Position numbers and translations under genes: made by a program
Shown here: positions 10,027-21,311 of the stretch, in pieces
Layout of the letters: each line of letters begins with the position of its first letter
How positions within the stretch are numbered: position 1 is the first letter of the stretch
Source: an uncultured Planctomycetaceae bacterium
Lineage (GTDB): Bacteria > Planctomycetota > Planctomycetia > Planctomycetales > Planctomycetaceae
Length of the DNA stretch: 64,000 nt
Direction: 5' to 3'
Assembly: GCA_963833105.1 (NCBI GenBank)
Contig: CAWHWU010000033.1
Coordinates: 29,030-93,029, forward strand
Notes under the pieces: model-generated
Seen by the model: the letters and a program-made list of their open reading frames with translations, nothing else
What the model was told of the DNA's origin: nothing
Database searches by the model: none

Positions 10027-12306
10027 GTGAACGCATTCCCGCGACTGATACCGTACGTCTGGCCACATCGCCGCAAGTTTTACTTCTCGGTGATTTTTTC
10101 GCTGCTGGTGGCCGGATTGTGGGGTCTGAGCCTGTCGTCCGCCTATCCGATCATGACCGTTCTCTTTGAGAACAAGTCGGTTGAGCAGTACGTGGACGAC
10201 TCGATCGCCACCACGAAAGCGGTGATCGAGAAGAAGGAAAAAACTCTCGACGAGCGCGAGGACCAGCTCAAAAAGCTCGACGACCGCAAAGAACCCCATC
10301 GAGGATATTGGCTCAAAGTCATGCGCCGGCAATCGACCGAGCAATCGGTCCTGAGTTCGGCGTCGTACAAGCTCGTGCTCCTCAGTTGGTTCAAGGCCCA
10401 CGTCGTTCCCCATTTGCCGCGAGACCAGTTTAACCTGTTGGCCGTCGTCCTGGCGGTGCAGCTGCTGCTGACGCTCGGGAAAGGAGCCTGCGAGTTCGTG
10501 CAGGAGACGCTGATTGCGCAGATCGTCGAACTGTCCTTGATGGGACTCCGTAAGGACTGCTTCAAACGCGTGCTGCGCCTCGATTACCAGTCCGTCACGC
10601 TGAAGGGGACTCCCAAGCTGATGTCCCATTTCACCAACGACATGAACGTGATGGCCTCAGGCCTGCGGCTGATGGGTGGCAAAGTGATCCAGGAGCCGCT
10701 GAAGGCGGTCGCCTGCATTATTGCGGCCTTCTGCATCTGCTGGCAGTTGACCCTGCTGTCGCTTTTGACCGCTCCCATCCTGGCGATTATTTTCGCCCGC
10801 ATCGGGACGAGCCTGCGAAAAGCCAGCCATCGGGCGATGGACAGCATGACCCGCGTCTACAAGACGCTCGAAGAGACGTTCGATGGCTACAAGGTGGTCA
10901 CGGCATTCAACGCCGCGAGGCGGCACCGGCGGCGGTTCCATCACGACAACAAGGATTATTGCGCGCGTTCGATCAAAATTGCCCGCATCGATGCACTCAC
11001 GGGGCCGATCACCGAGACGATGGCCTGGGTGGCTGCTTATCTGGCTCTTCTGCCCGGCTGTTATCTCGTCCTGCGGGGCACGACCGACATTTGGGGCATC
11101 CGTCTCTCGACGGGCCAACTCGGAATGAGCGGCCTGGGAACGCTCTACGTGCTGCTGGCTGGCATCATCGATCCGGCCCGCAAGCTGTCCTCCACTTATG
11201 CCAAGCTCAAGCGGGCCTCGGCGGCGGCGGACCGCATCTTCGATTTGATGAACGAAAAGACGCGCGTCGTGGAACCGGCCACGCCGAAGGTGTTGCCGCG
11301 GCATGCTCGCAGTATCGAATTCTCCCGAATTCATTTCGCCTACGCCCGCACGGGCGCGAACGGGGTGGCTCGCCCGGCCGCCCTCGAAGATGTGTCGCTC
11401 TCCGTGAAAGCGGGCGAGGTCATCGCCGTCGTGGGCGAGAACGGCTCCGGGAAGTCCACGCTCGTCAATCTCCTGCCGCGGCTTTACGACCCGGATTTCG
11501 GCACGATCACGATCGACGGCGTCGATATCCGCGACGTGAGGCTCGAGGATCTACGAAAGCAGATCGGCGTCGTGACACAAGAGACTTTGCTGTTCGACGA
11601 CACGATTTACGAGAACATTCGCTACGGCAAGCCGGAGGCGAAACGCGCCGAAATCGAAGAGGCCGCCCGCCGGGCCTACGTCACGCGGTTCTTCGATCAG
11701 ATGCCGGATGGCTTCCAGACGCGGATCGGCGAAAAAGGCGGCCGGCTCTCGGGTGGACAGCGGCAGCGGATCGCGCTGGCCCGCGCCATCCTGCGGGACC
11801 CGGCGGTCCTGATCCTCGATGAGGCGACGTCGGCAACCGATGCGCAGAGCGAAATGCTGATCCATGAGGCGTTGCAGTCGTTCGTCAAAGGGCGTACGAC
11901 CTTCCTCATCACGCACGCGGTGACGCCCAGCGTGCTGGAGCTGGTTCACAAGATTGCCGTCATGGATCACGGGCAACTGATCGCCTGCGGACCTCACGAG
12001 GATCTCCTGGCAAATTGCCCGATTTACGATCGGCTGTTCCACGCGCGGGGTCGACGCGTTCGAGTCATGGCCGACTTGCCGGAAGCCGCCGCCGTCGCGT
12101 CGGAGGGCGTTGGGGCGAGTGACGAGCCTGTGCATGCGGATGTGCCCCCGAGCGAGCCGCCGGAAATCTTGCCTTTGCCCGTGACTCGCAGTATTCGATT
12201 GGCGACGCAAAGCATCTCCGCCCCGAATCATGGTGAAACTGCGGATCCGAGCGAGGCCAAGCCGTTTCGGCCGCCCGCGGCAAACGCATCGCAAGACGCT
12301 GCCTGA
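10027..12306 (+). CDS. ABC transporter permease/ATP-binding fusion protein (MsbA-like exporter) with an extended first loop
   Basis: An N-terminal TMD with a charged, coiled insert (KKEKTLDEREDQLKKLDDRKE). Walker A GENGSGKST, signature LSGGQRQRIALARA, Walker B LILDEATSATD. Confidence 0.88.
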   Translation: MNAFPRLIPYVWPHRRKFYFSVIFSLLVAGLWGLSLSSAYPIMTVLFENKSVEQYVDDSIATTKAVIEKKEKTLDEREDQLKKLDDRKEPHRGYWLKVMRRQSTEQSVLSSASYKLVLLSWFKAHVVPHLPRDQFNLLAVVLAVQLLLTLGKGACEFVQETLIAQIVELSLMGLRKDCFKRVLRLDYQSVTLKGTPKLMSHFTNDMNVMASGLRLMGGKVIQEPLKAVACIIAAFCICWQLTLLSLLTAPILAIIFARIGTSLRKASHRAMDSMTRVYKTLEETFDGYKVVTAFNAARRHRRRFHHDNKDYCARSIKIARIDALTGPITETMAWVAAYLALLPGCYLVLRGTTDIWGIRLSTGQLGMSGLGTLYVLLAGIIDPARKLSSTYAKLKRASAAADRIFDLMNEKTRVVEPATPKVLPRHARSIEFSRIHFAYARTGANGVARPAALEDVSLSVKAGEVIAVVGENGSGKSTLVNLLPRLYDPDFGTITIDGVDIRDVRLEDLRKQIGVVTQETLLFDDTIYENIRYGKPEAKRAEIEEAARRAYVTRFFDQMPDGFQTRIGEKGGRLSGGQRQRIALARAILRDPAVLILDEATSATDAQSEMLIHEALQSFVKGRTTFLITHAVTPSVLELVHKIAVMDHGQLIACGPHEDLLANCPIYDRLFHARGRRVRVMADLPEAAAVASEGVGASDEPVHADVPPSEPPEILPLPVTRSIRLATQSISAPNHGETADPSEAKPFRPPAANASQDAA

Positions 12307-12466
12307 CGGCGACAACTGCCGCTCTCTTCGCGCCGGTCCTCTTGCTCGGCAACGCCCTCTCGTGTCGGGCGGCGAGTTTTCCTCCACCGCTGTGAACGAT
12401 TAAACTGCGAGTAGGCGCAAGAATCGCACGAAGAGCGGAATGATCGCCCGATTGGTGGAGGCGAGG

Positions 12467-14775
12467 ATGAAGATCCAGACCGCGTTTTTTCTGATTTGCA
12501 CGTCGCTTAGCCAGACGCCTTACGTGCTGGCCGAGTCGCCGCCGGCAAAGGCTCCCGTGAGCAAGCCTGTCACGGCACATAAATCAGCACCGGTCCGGCA
12601 AGACTCCGCGATCAAGGCGTCGGCGCCCTGTTCCGGCGAAATGTCCGTCGCCGAGCTGACCGCCAGGGTTCGCGACTCGATCGTCGTCATTTCGGTCATG
12701 GGGCGCGACGGGGAACGCTCGAGCTTGGGTGCCGGTTTCGCCATCACGAAGAATGGATTGATCGCGACCAACTTGCACGTGATTGGCGAAGCGCGGCCCA
12801 TTGTTGTGACGACGGCGGACGCGCGGCGATTCGACGTCACGGAAGTTTACGCCACCGACCAGGCGATGGATCTTGCCGTGATTCGCGTGGAGGCCAAGGA
12901 TCTCAAACCGCTGGAACTGGGGAACTCCGACTCGATCAAGCAGGGGCAAGACGTCGTCGCCATCGGCAATCCTCGAGGATTGGAGCACAGCGTGGTCAGC
13001 GGCGTCATCTCCGGCATCCGCAAGATTGACGGCAAGCCCTTGATCCAACTGGCCATGCCGATCGAACAGGGAAATAGCGGCGGCCCCGTGCTCGACCGTC
13101 AGGGCCACGTCCTGGGACTCGTGACGATGAAATCGGTCGTCAGCGAGAACCTCGGCTTCGCGGTGGCGGTCAATGCGCTCAAACCCCTCTTGAAAAAGCC
13201 GAACCCCGTGCCCATCGACCGGTGGCTGACCATCGGTGCGCTCGACGAAACCGAATGGGCCTCGCTTTTCGGCGCCCATTGGCGGCAGCGGGCGGGACGT
13301 ATCCAGGTCGAGGGAACGGGGAGCGGTTTTGGCGGACGCACGCTGCTGGTCTCGAAGCGCGCCGTGCCTGCTCTGCCTTTCGAGGTTGCCGTCTGGGTCC
13401 GTCTTCAGCAGGAGGACGGCGCGGCGGGTCTGGCGTTCGATTTCCACGATTTGCACAGCCATTACGGCTTTTATCCGAGCAACGGACGCATCCGGCTCAC
13501 CCGGTTCGACGGTCCCGACGTCTATTCGTGGCACGTGTTGAAGGAAGTGCAGACTGCCGCCTACAAGCCGGGCGAGTGGAATCGCCTCAAAGTGCGCGTC
13601 GAGAACGAGAAGATACTCGGCTATGTCAACGATGTGCTGGTCGTGGAATCGACCGATGCCGAATTCCGAGAGGGACAGGCGGGATTGGCCAGCTTCCGCG
13701 GCACACACGCCGAGTTCAAGGGTTTTGAGATCGGCAAGAACATTCCATCCGTGTTGCCAACGCCCGAATTGACGGCCCGTGTGAAGAAACTGGCCGACGC
13801 CCTCGACCTCGAAGCGCCCCCGATCCGAAAACGATCGCTCCGTTCGCTTCCGATGCGGACAACGGTGTCCGTGCGCTGCGTCGCGAGGCGGATCGCCGCG
13901 AGCGGGAAGCAAAGCAGCTCCGCCGGCTTGCCGAAACTCTGCAGCTAACTCGCGTCGAACAGCAGTTGAAGTCGCTGTTTGCCGAGAAAGACGAAATGAA
14001 AATCGATCTCTTGCGGGCGGCTCTGTTAATCGCCCGGATCGACAACGACGATCTCGACGTCGATGCGTACGCCCGCGAGATTGACCGCCTGGCGGCGATT
14101 GTGCGGTCCTCTCTGCCGCCGCATGCCGACGCCAAGGCGCGGTTGAAAGCTCTCGACGAATACTTGTTCAAGAAGCTTGGTTACCACGGCAGCCGCACCG
14201 ATTTTTACAACCGGTCGAACAGCTATCTGAACGAAGTGATTGACGATCGCGAAGGGATTCCGATCACGCTGTGCGTGCTCTATATCGAGCTGGCGCGGCG
14301 GTTGGAGGTGAATCTTGTCGGCATCGGATTGCCCGGCCGGTTCCTGGTCCGGATGGCTTCCGAGAAGGACAACGGAACACTGATCGACGTTTACGACGGC
14401 GCCCGCCGCGTCGCACATGCCGAGGTCGAGGCACAATTCCTGGCATTAACGGGCCGTGCGACAACTCCGGAGGATTGGCGCGTGCAGTCGAAACGACAAA
14501 TCGTCGAACGCCTCGTGCAGAATCTGGTGAACATTGCCGAAGATTCGAACGACGCCGAGGCCATGCTGCGTTACATCGACGGTCTGTTGACGCTCGATCC
14601 GGCGTCTCTGCACGAACATTGGCGGAGGGCCTTGCTTTGCTATCAGACGGGACGGCAAGCCGAGGCTCTTTCCGAGGTCAACTGGCTGCTCTCAAAGGAT
14701 CCGGAGAAACTTCCGGAGGCCGCTGATCCCACCCAAATTCGTCAGCTCAAGAGTCTCTTGGAATCGCATCCGTGA
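12467..14775 (+). CDS. secreted trypsin-like serine protease fused to a DUF1080/LamG-like domain and a SirB1-type transglutaminase-like/TPR domain; frameshift at the C-run 13817-13821
   Basis: Signal peptide MKIQTAFFLICTSL. S1C protease motifs (ATNLHVI, DLAVIRV, GNSGGPVLD). A DUF1080-like beta-sandwich (GAHWRQRAGRIQVEG...EWNRLKVRVENEKILGYVNDVLV). One extra C at 13817-13821 joins this in frame to DPKTIAPFASD...REAKQLRRLAETLQ...IDLLRAALLIARIDNDDLDVDAY...GIPITLCVLYIELARRL (ORF 13966..14775). Confidence 0.8.
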
Positions 14776-14832
14776 CAGGATTCGGATTCTACCGCAGTGT
14801 CTTCTTGCCACGTCACGACGAAGGGATTTCCG

Positions 14833-15219
14833 ATGCCGAACCCGACTGTTGCCATCCTGGGGGCCAGTGCCGACCGCGCAAAGTTCGGCAACAAGTCGGT
14901 CCGTGCACATCGGCGCGGCGGTTACGACGTCTATCCGGTGAATCCAAAGGCCGAGACAATTGAGGGCCTTCCCGCGTATCCGTCGCTCGGCGAGGTTCCC
15001 GTGAACCTGCTCGACCGGATCAGTGTCTATTTGCCGCCCGCGGTCGGCCTAAAGCTCCTGCCGGAGATTGCGGCCAAGAAAGCGCGCGAGGTCTGGTTTA
15101 ATCCGGGGAGTGAAAGTCCGGAATTGCTGCAAAAAGCGCGGGCACTGCGCATCCATGCGGTCGCCGGCTGCAGCATCGTCGATTTGGGGCTTTCGCCCGG
15201 CGAATTTTCCGACACCTGA
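14833..15219 (+). CDS. CoA-binding domain protein (YccU/YneT-like)
   Basis: VAILGASADRAKFGNKSVRAH...GYDVYPVNPK...EGLPAYPSL...VWFNPGSE, a typical CoA_binding_2 pattern. Confidence 0.8.
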   Translation: MPNPTVAILGASADRAKFGNKSVRAHRRGGYDVYPVNPKAETIEGLPAYPSLGEVPVNLLDRISVYLPPAVGLKLLPEIAAKKAREVWFNPGSESPELLQKARALRIHAVAGCSIVDLGLSPGEFSDT

Positions 15220-15273
15220 TCTTCGTGCTTCCGCCGGTGACAAATCGCACGTCCCCTCTATGATGAGTAGCGC

Positions 15274-16569
15274 ATGTTGACGAAATCCGAAAAGAGTCTT
15301 GCACATTCCGAGGTCCGGCTCAGTCGGCGGAGGCAGTGGGCAGCCGGCCAGGCCATCAGCTTTCTGATGCAGCAGGCGGTGGAGAATCCGCACGTCATTT
15401 CGCTGGCGGCGGGATTGGTGGACTCGTCGAGCTTGCCGATTGCTGAAACACGGGACGTTCTTCGCGCCGTGCTGGACGATCCGGTGTTGGCTCAACAGGC
15501 CCTGCAATACGGCACGACGCAAGGCTCTGAGCGGTTGCGGAAGGAAGTGGGTCGGCTGCTGGGCGCTGACGAGGGGCTGTCCAATCGCGCCATCGACCCG
15601 GGACAGATTGTCCTGACCACCGGTTCGCAGCAACTCTTGTCGTTGGTCGGCGAAGTCCTGCTCGATCCCGGCGACATTTGCCTGGTCGCCGCTCCAACCT
15701 ATTTTGTTTTTCTGAGCGTGCTTTCCGGCCTCGGTGCGCGGGCAATTCCCGTCGACGCCGACGATCAAGGGATGCGACTCGATCTGCTGGAAGAACAACT
15801 GGCCCGGCTTGATGCCGCCGGCGAGTTGCCGCGAGTCAAGCTGATCTACGTCGTCAGCTACTACGAAAATCCGAGCGGAATCAGTCTCTCTGAAGAGCGA
15901 CGTCAAAGAGTCGTCGAAATTGCCCGGCGCTGGTCGAAAGACCAGCGAATCTTCGTGCTGGAAGACGCCGCCTATCGCGATCTGCGGTATGACGGAACCG
16001 TTCACCCGAGCGTCTGGAGCTTCGACGCCGAACGCGAGACGGTCATCTTGGCGCAGACCTTCTCCAAGAGTTTTTCACCCGGCTTGCGTGTCGGTTTCGG
16101 TGTCGTGCCCGATTCCCTGGTCCGGCCGATCTGCGATCGCAAAGGAAACGAGGACTTTGGCTCGGCCCATTTCAATCAGCAGATCATGACGGCCGTGTTG
16201 GAAAGCGGCCGCTACGAATCGCACGTCGAGCTTGTGCGGGCGTCGTATCGGAACAAACGCGACCGGATGTTGGCGGCGGCCGAACGATATTTCCACGATC
16301 TGCCCGGAGTCAGCTGGGTCCGTCCCGAAGGGGGCCTTTATGTGTGGATGACCCTTCCTCCGGGTGTGGAAACCGGTTTCGACAGTGCTCTCTTCAAAAG
16401 GGCAGCCAAGGTCGACGGCGTGATGTACGTGCCGGGCGAGCTGAGCTACGCCGGGGCGCTCGAAGAACGCCGCCGCAGCCAGATGCGGCTGAGTTTCGGG
16501 GTCGAAACGCCTGACCGGATCGAGGAGGGGATGCGGCGTCTGGCTGCCGCCGTTCGGGCCGTTCTCTGA
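15274..16569 (+). CDS. PLP-dependent aminotransferase (class I/II, 2-aminoadipate/MocR-type catalytic domain)
   Basis: 431 aa. ISLAAGLVD...LQYGTTQGSERLR...YYENPSGISL...FSKSFSPGLRVGF (PLP lysine context)...LRLSFG. Confidence 0.8.
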   Translation: MLTKSEKSLAHSEVRLSRRRQWAAGQAISFLMQQAVENPHVISLAAGLVDSSSLPIAETRDVLRAVLDDPVLAQQALQYGTTQGSERLRKEVGRLLGADEGLSNRAIDPGQIVLTTGSQQLLSLVGEVLLDPGDICLVAAPTYFVFLSVLSGLGARAIPVDADDQGMRLDLLEEQLARLDAAGELPRVKLIYVVSYYENPSGISLSEERRQRVVEIARRWSKDQRIFVLEDAAYRDLRYDGTVHPSVWSFDAERETVILAQTFSKSFSPGLRVGFGVVPDSLVRPICDRKGNEDFGSAHFNQQIMTAVLESGRYESHVELVRASYRNKRDRMLAAAERYFHDLPGVSWVRPEGGLYVWMTLPPGVETGFDSALFKRAAKVDGVMYVPGELSYAGALEERRRSQMRLSFGVETPDRIEEGMRRLAAAVRAVL

Positions 16570-16728
16570 ATACGGTTTCGGACTTTCTCCGTTTCGCGGC
16601 AAGCCGCGATCGAGCATAATTGACGGTCGCGGAACGGACGGACGCTTCTCGGGCCTTCGGATCGCCTTCACGGGAGAGGATCTGCCCGGCCAATTCCTGT
16701 GCGCGCTCGGTGGAAAAAAGGAGACCTT

Positions 16729-17642
16729 ATGGCCCCTTCCAAGCGAAATGCGTTTTCACTTATCGAAGTTTTGGTGGTGATTGCCGTCATCGGGATTCTG
16801 GTCGCGATCCTGTTTCCGGCCGTCCAGGCACGCGCGAAGCGGCCCGGCGGACGCAATGCCGCAACAACCTCAAGCAAATCGGGATCGCCGTCGCCAATTA
16901 CGGGACGGTGTATCATTGTTTTCCCCCCGGGTGGATCGGAGTGACTGACGGCCAACCCGACGCGAATGGACCGAGCGGCATCGCGTGGGGCGCGTTTTGT
17001 CTCCCCACAATCGAGCAATATGCGGCCGCCAAAAAGCTCAATCCGAAGGTCTCGGTCACGAATTCAGCCGACGCCATCCTGCAGGTTTTAAATCTTGAGG
17101 TCTTCCGCTGTCCGAGCGACATTGCGCCCACGACCACTTTCAGCGTGACCGTGCAGGCGCCGAATTTGAATCCGGATCTGCCCAAGAGCTTCGCGATCTC
17201 CAATTACATCGGCTCATTTGGTTCGACCGACTATCATCCCTGCGCGAGCAACCCGGTGGGCACTCCTTGCGTTGGCAACGGGGTGTTTTACCTCAATAGC
17301 TATATTCAAGAGGCCAACATCCGTGACGGCTATACGAACACCATGCTCGCCGGTGAGCGACGCAGCAATCCGAGCGTGTCGCCGGCGATTTATGGAACAT
17401 GGATCGGAGCTCCGCCGGGAGGGGTCGAGTCGATCGGCCGCGTACTCGGTGCCGCGGACTATGCTCCCAATGACCCGTTCAATCATTTCGAGGCCTACTC
17501 GAGCTTCCACCCGGGCGGAGCGCATGTTCTCTTATGCGACGGGAGCGTGCAGTTCATCAGCAGTAGCGTTGACATCCAGCTGTTTATGGGATTGGCGACG
17601 ATCAACAAGCACGACAACGCCATTGTTTTCGTGCCTCAATAG
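16729..17642 (+). CDS. DUF1559 domain protein with prepilin-type N-terminal cleavage/methylation domain; frameshift about 16830
   Basis: AFSLIEVLVVIAVIGILVAILFPAVQA (ORF 16699..16944) continues in the adjacent frame as [23 protein letters not shown]...FHPGGAHVLLCDGSVQFI (ORF 16620..17642). AAGGAG lies upstream of the ATG at 16729. Confidence 0.88.
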
Positions 17643-17960
17643 ACCGGGCGGATCCCGAAACGAGCGACGGTGTACGTGGGAATTGGCTCCATGGACGCCA
17701 GCTTGAGCGTGGCTTGACGGCAACAAACAGCGGGACGAGGGGCGCGCATCATTCGGCGTTCGCGAACCGAAATTCCTTCGTGCGCGAGGGGATTCGTGTG
17801 CCGAATTCCACCGGGACCCGCCGGTTGCGAAGGCGTGCAGACGTCAGTATCACCACTCAATTCGGGTGGTCAGCGCGAATCCACTGATCGGCGGTGGTCA
17901 ACTTTTACGATAATAAGGATCGCGACGTTTGTTCATGTTGGATTGTTCGGGGAGACTTTG

Positions 17961-18683
17961 ATGGCACCCTGCGAGTCGTGCCATGCGGGCTGCTGCCGGT
18001 CGTTTGCGGTCCCCATCCACGGAGCCGACATCATCGCGATCGAGCGACGCTACGGGCTCTCGTTCTGGGATTTCGTGTGCCGCTGGGCTGATCCCGACGG
18101 GAAAATCGCCCATGGTCGCGTCCCGCACTTTTTCTTTCCCGATGCGCCCGACGTGCCGTTCGTGCTGTGCCTGATTCAATCCGAGAGCCTGTTCCTGACG
18201 GGAACGATGAAGTGCCGCTTCCTTGTCGAGTGTCCTCCCGACGACGAACATCCGTTCGGTCAGGCTCGCTGCGGGATTTACGGCGTTCGGCCGTCGGCCT
18301 GCCGGGTGTTCCCGACCAAATTCAATCCCTCGAGCGATCTGGTCATCCTGTGCAACATTCCCCCCTCGCCACGCGAAGACAAGAATCCGGTGTACGACTT
18401 GTGTCCGCGTGAGTGGACCGTAAACGAAATCGATCCGATTCAAAGCATGCAGGATCTGGTCGTGACGAAGTACGAGTACGCGTATTTCACCGAGATCGCG
18501 CGGGCCTGGAATAATTCTCCCCGTTCGTGGGCATCGTTTCCCGATTTCCTGCACCTCGTTTATTCGCATCGCGTCCAGCGCCAGATACGTAAAGGCGAAC
18601 CGGTCGCTCCCACTGAGGAACAGGAGTCCGACGCGTCCGCCGTGGACCAGAATGAACCGGCCCTGAGCCGCGCTGCCGCCTGA
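17961..18683 (+). CDS. YkgJ-family cysteine-cluster protein (CxxCxxCC zinc/iron-chelating domain)
   Basis: MAPCESCHAGCCRSF at the N-terminus and a second cluster ARCGIYGVRPSACRVFP. Confidence 0.7.
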   Translation: MAPCESCHAGCCRSFAVPIHGADIIAIERRYGLSFWDFVCRWADPDGKIAHGRVPHFFFPDAPDVPFVLCLIQSESLFLTGTMKCRFLVECPPDDEHPFGQARCGIYGVRPSACRVFPTKFNPSSDLVILCNIPPSPREDKNPVYDLCPREWTVNEIDPIQSMQDLVVTKYEYAYFTEIARAWNNSPRSWASFPDFLHLVYSHRVQRQIRKGEPVAPTEEQESDASAVDQNEPALSRAAA

Positions 18684-18710
18684 GAGGAACAACCGCGCCG
18701 ATGAGGACCG

Positions 18711-19787
18711 ATGACGTCGAGCGACCCCCGCGCTCCGTTTGAACCGGAGTCGTTCCGACCGACGGCGACGCTCGGCCTGTTGCAATTGCGGTCCGAGCTG
18801 CTGGCATTTACGCGCGCCTTTTTTCTCTCCCACGGCTTCTGGGAGGTCGAAACGCCCATTCTTTCACGCGACGTCGTGGTCGACGCGTATCTGGAGCCTT
18901 TCGTCACACGCGCAGACGGCGCCGCCTGCGCGAAACCAGACCGCGCCGACGAATTGTTTCTGCAGACCTCGCCCGAATTCGGCATGAAGCGATTGGTCGC
19001 GGCGGGCGCGTCGGCCATCTTTCAGATCACGCGCGCGTTTCGCCGTGGCGAGATCGGCGCGCGTCACAATCCCGAATTCACCCTCGTCGAATGGTATCGC
19101 ACCGCCTCGACCTACCACGAGCAAATGAGCTTCGTCGAGGAATTGGTCAGCGGTTTTTTTGAGCGTGCTGCGGCACTAAAAAAGAGCGGAGTTGCCGATT
19201 TCCCCCAGGCGGTTCCTGAGCCTCCGCATTGCCCGTTTCAGCGGATCTCCTATGACCAGGCATTCGAGGAGGCGCTGGGTCAACGTGTTCTCAGTCAAAG
19301 CGCCGCCGAATTGGCACGTCTCGCTGATTTGATCGGTGTCCAAGCTCCGCCCGGACTGGCGGCCGACGACGTCGACGGATGGCTCAACCTGCTGTTGGCG
19401 CTCCGCGTCGAGCCGGTGCTCGCGCGAAAGCCGGCCTTATTCGTCTACGACTATCCGCCCGGGCAGGCCGCCCTGGCCCGTATTCGTCAGGGGCCGCCTG
19501 CCGTGGCGGAGAGATTTGAGCTTTATCTCGGCGGGATCGAGATCTGCAACGGCTATCAAGAACTGACCGATGCCGATGAATTGCGGCGGCGGATCGCCCT
19601 TCAAGCGGCCCTGAGGAGGCGCGACGGCAACCGGCCGCTTCCCCCGCAGAGCCGTTTACTCGACGCGATGGAAGCGGGCTTGCCCGAGTGCGCGGGCGTG
19701 GCGCTCGGCTTCGACCGGCTGTTGATGTCGGCCGTCGGCGCAGCGTCTCTTGCCGAAGTGATTGCCTTCCCGTTCGACCGGGCCTGA
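18711..19787 (+). CDS. epmA: EF-P lysine aminoacylase EpmA/GenX (truncated class II LysRS paralogue)
   Basis: Class II aaRS motifs: FWEVETPIL, FQITRAFRRGEIGARHNPEFTLVEWY, ELYLGGIEICNGYQELTD, GVALGFDRLLM. There is no anticodon-binding domain. Confidence 0.85.
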   Translation: MTSSDPRAPFEPESFRPTATLGLLQLRSELLAFTRAFFLSHGFWEVETPILSRDVVVDAYLEPFVTRADGAACAKPDRADELFLQTSPEFGMKRLVAAGASAIFQITRAFRRGEIGARHNPEFTLVEWYRTASTYHEQMSFVEELVSGFFERAAALKKSGVADFPQAVPEPPHCPFQRISYDQAFEEALGQRVLSQSAAELARLADLIGVQAPPGLAADDVDGWLNLLLALRVEPVLARKPALFVYDYPPGQAALARIRQGPPAVAERFELYLGGIEICNGYQELTDADELRRRIALQAALRRRDGNRPLPPQSRLLDAMEAGLPECAGVALGFDRLLMSAVGAASLAEVIAFPFDRA

Positions 19788-19815
19788 CTCGCGGCGAACC
19801 TCGAAGCCGAGCGAA

Positions 19816-20961
19816 TCAGAAGTCGCTGTCGATCGGCGTGCCTTCCGCGCGGGTTGCCAGCTTGCGGATCAGCCCCTTATCAATCGTTTTGGCGATTGGA
19901 CGGCTCGATCCGTCACACAGTGCGAAGATCACCATGTCCTCGTGGAGACTGCCGAAGCTGAAATACTGGATCGTCGGCGCCTGCACGGGAGGCTGCTGCA
20001 CCCAGAACCAGTAGTTATCAAAATCCGTCGGTGTCGAACGGTCGTTGCGGAAGCGGGCGCAGCAGCTGGAACCGTCGCCCCAGAGTCCGTACCGTGAATC
20101 TCCCATCAACAGCGTATTCGACGTGCCGTCGGTGATATCCGAGATTTTGGTCGCGCTGTTCGGATAGAGGACGCCGTTTTGCATCCAGTCGGTATCGCTC
20201 GAGTTGCTCGCGGGATCGGTAATGGGCTGGGCTCCCATCACTCCGCGATAGGTCGAGTAGGCGTAGCCACCCCCCGTGATGGAACCGGGATTTTCTCCAT
20301 TCGGAACGGTCGGTGATGTTGTGCCGCCCGCTCCCGTGCTCGTCACCGGCGGACGATTGCTGGGTAGAAGGGCACTGGGGCAAATGAAGAGCGGGACGGG
20401 GATTTGCATGCCGGTCAGGTTGATGACGTCATTCTTTTGCAGGTCGAATCGAAGTCCGACCGTCGACTGTTCGATTTGCGGCAGGATGAATGACTGCCAG
20501 CCCCACGGGGGCGCAATCACCCATGTGTAGATTGTCAGGTTGGCCGGCGGGAGAATCAGATTCCCGTTGATATCGTACCGCTGTTGCATCCCCAATTGAG
20601 CCGATTGAGTGAACGTAATGTACTGCGAGACCTCGTACGGATCGCTGAACGGGGTGGTGGGAAACCCCATGTCGATGTCGCCGGAGGGAAAGCACTTGTG
20701 CGTGTCATGGTAATTCTGGCACGCCAAAGCGAGTTGCTTGAGATTGTTGAGACATTGGGTCCGGCGGGCGGCTTCTCGGGCCTTTTGCACAGCCGGCAAA
20801 AGAATGGCCGCCAAGACGGCGATGATCGCGATCACAACCAGCAGCTCAATCAGCGTGAAACCGTGCCGGGCGCGAACCTTCCGTCCTTTCGCCGACGGCC
20901 GTCCGCCGTTCACCGGACTCTTCTGCCAATTGGCGCCGCCTCCTCTGCAACTGCGATTCAT
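19816..20961 (-). CDS. DUF1559 domain protein with prepilin-type N-terminal methylation domain
   Basis: [53 protein letters not shown]...[19 protein letters not shown]. The start at 20961 has GGAGAGG upstream. Confidence 0.9.
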   Translation of the reverse strand: MNRSCRGGGANWQKSPVNGGRPSAKGRKVRARHGFTLIELLVVIAIIAVLAAILLPAVQKAREAARRTQCLNNLKQLALACQNYHDTHKCFPSGDIDMGFPTTPFSDPYEVSQYITFTQSAQLGMQQRYDINGNLILPPANLTIYTWVIAPPWGWQSFILPQIEQSTVGLRFDLQKNDVINLTGMQIPVPLFICPSALLPSNRPPVTSTGAGGTTSPTVPNGENPGSITGGGYAYSTYRGVMGAQPITDPASNSSDTDWMQNGVLYPNSATKISDITDGTSNTLLMGDSRYGLWGDGSSCCARFRNDRSTPTDFDNYWFWVQQPPVQAPTIQYFSFGSLHEDMVIFALCDGSSRPIAKTIDKGLIRKLATRAEGTPIDSDF

Positions 20962-21311
20962 AACCTCTCCCCTTGGAACATCCGGCGATTCCGACATGAA
21001 GCAAAAGCGCGACGCCTCGATCAGATGATGCACGCAGTCCGCCTGGCCTGGGCAAGAACCAAGGTCCGACGGCGAAAAAGGCGTTTCACATTAAACCCCG
21101 TCGACGGCCCCGTGTATTCGCAGGTTTGAGCCGATCGGGGGGAATTTCTCAAAATCGTTCCGAACGCGGGCCGGAAGAAATTAGCACTTTGAGGTTACGC
21201 GGGTTCGGCGTAACCTGCAATGCCGATTTTAGTTGAGTACGCAGGCAACCGCAACGAGCGACAAGAGCCGATCCCTCTCAAGCGCCGCGCAGCATCCAAA
21301 AAAGACCGTGC

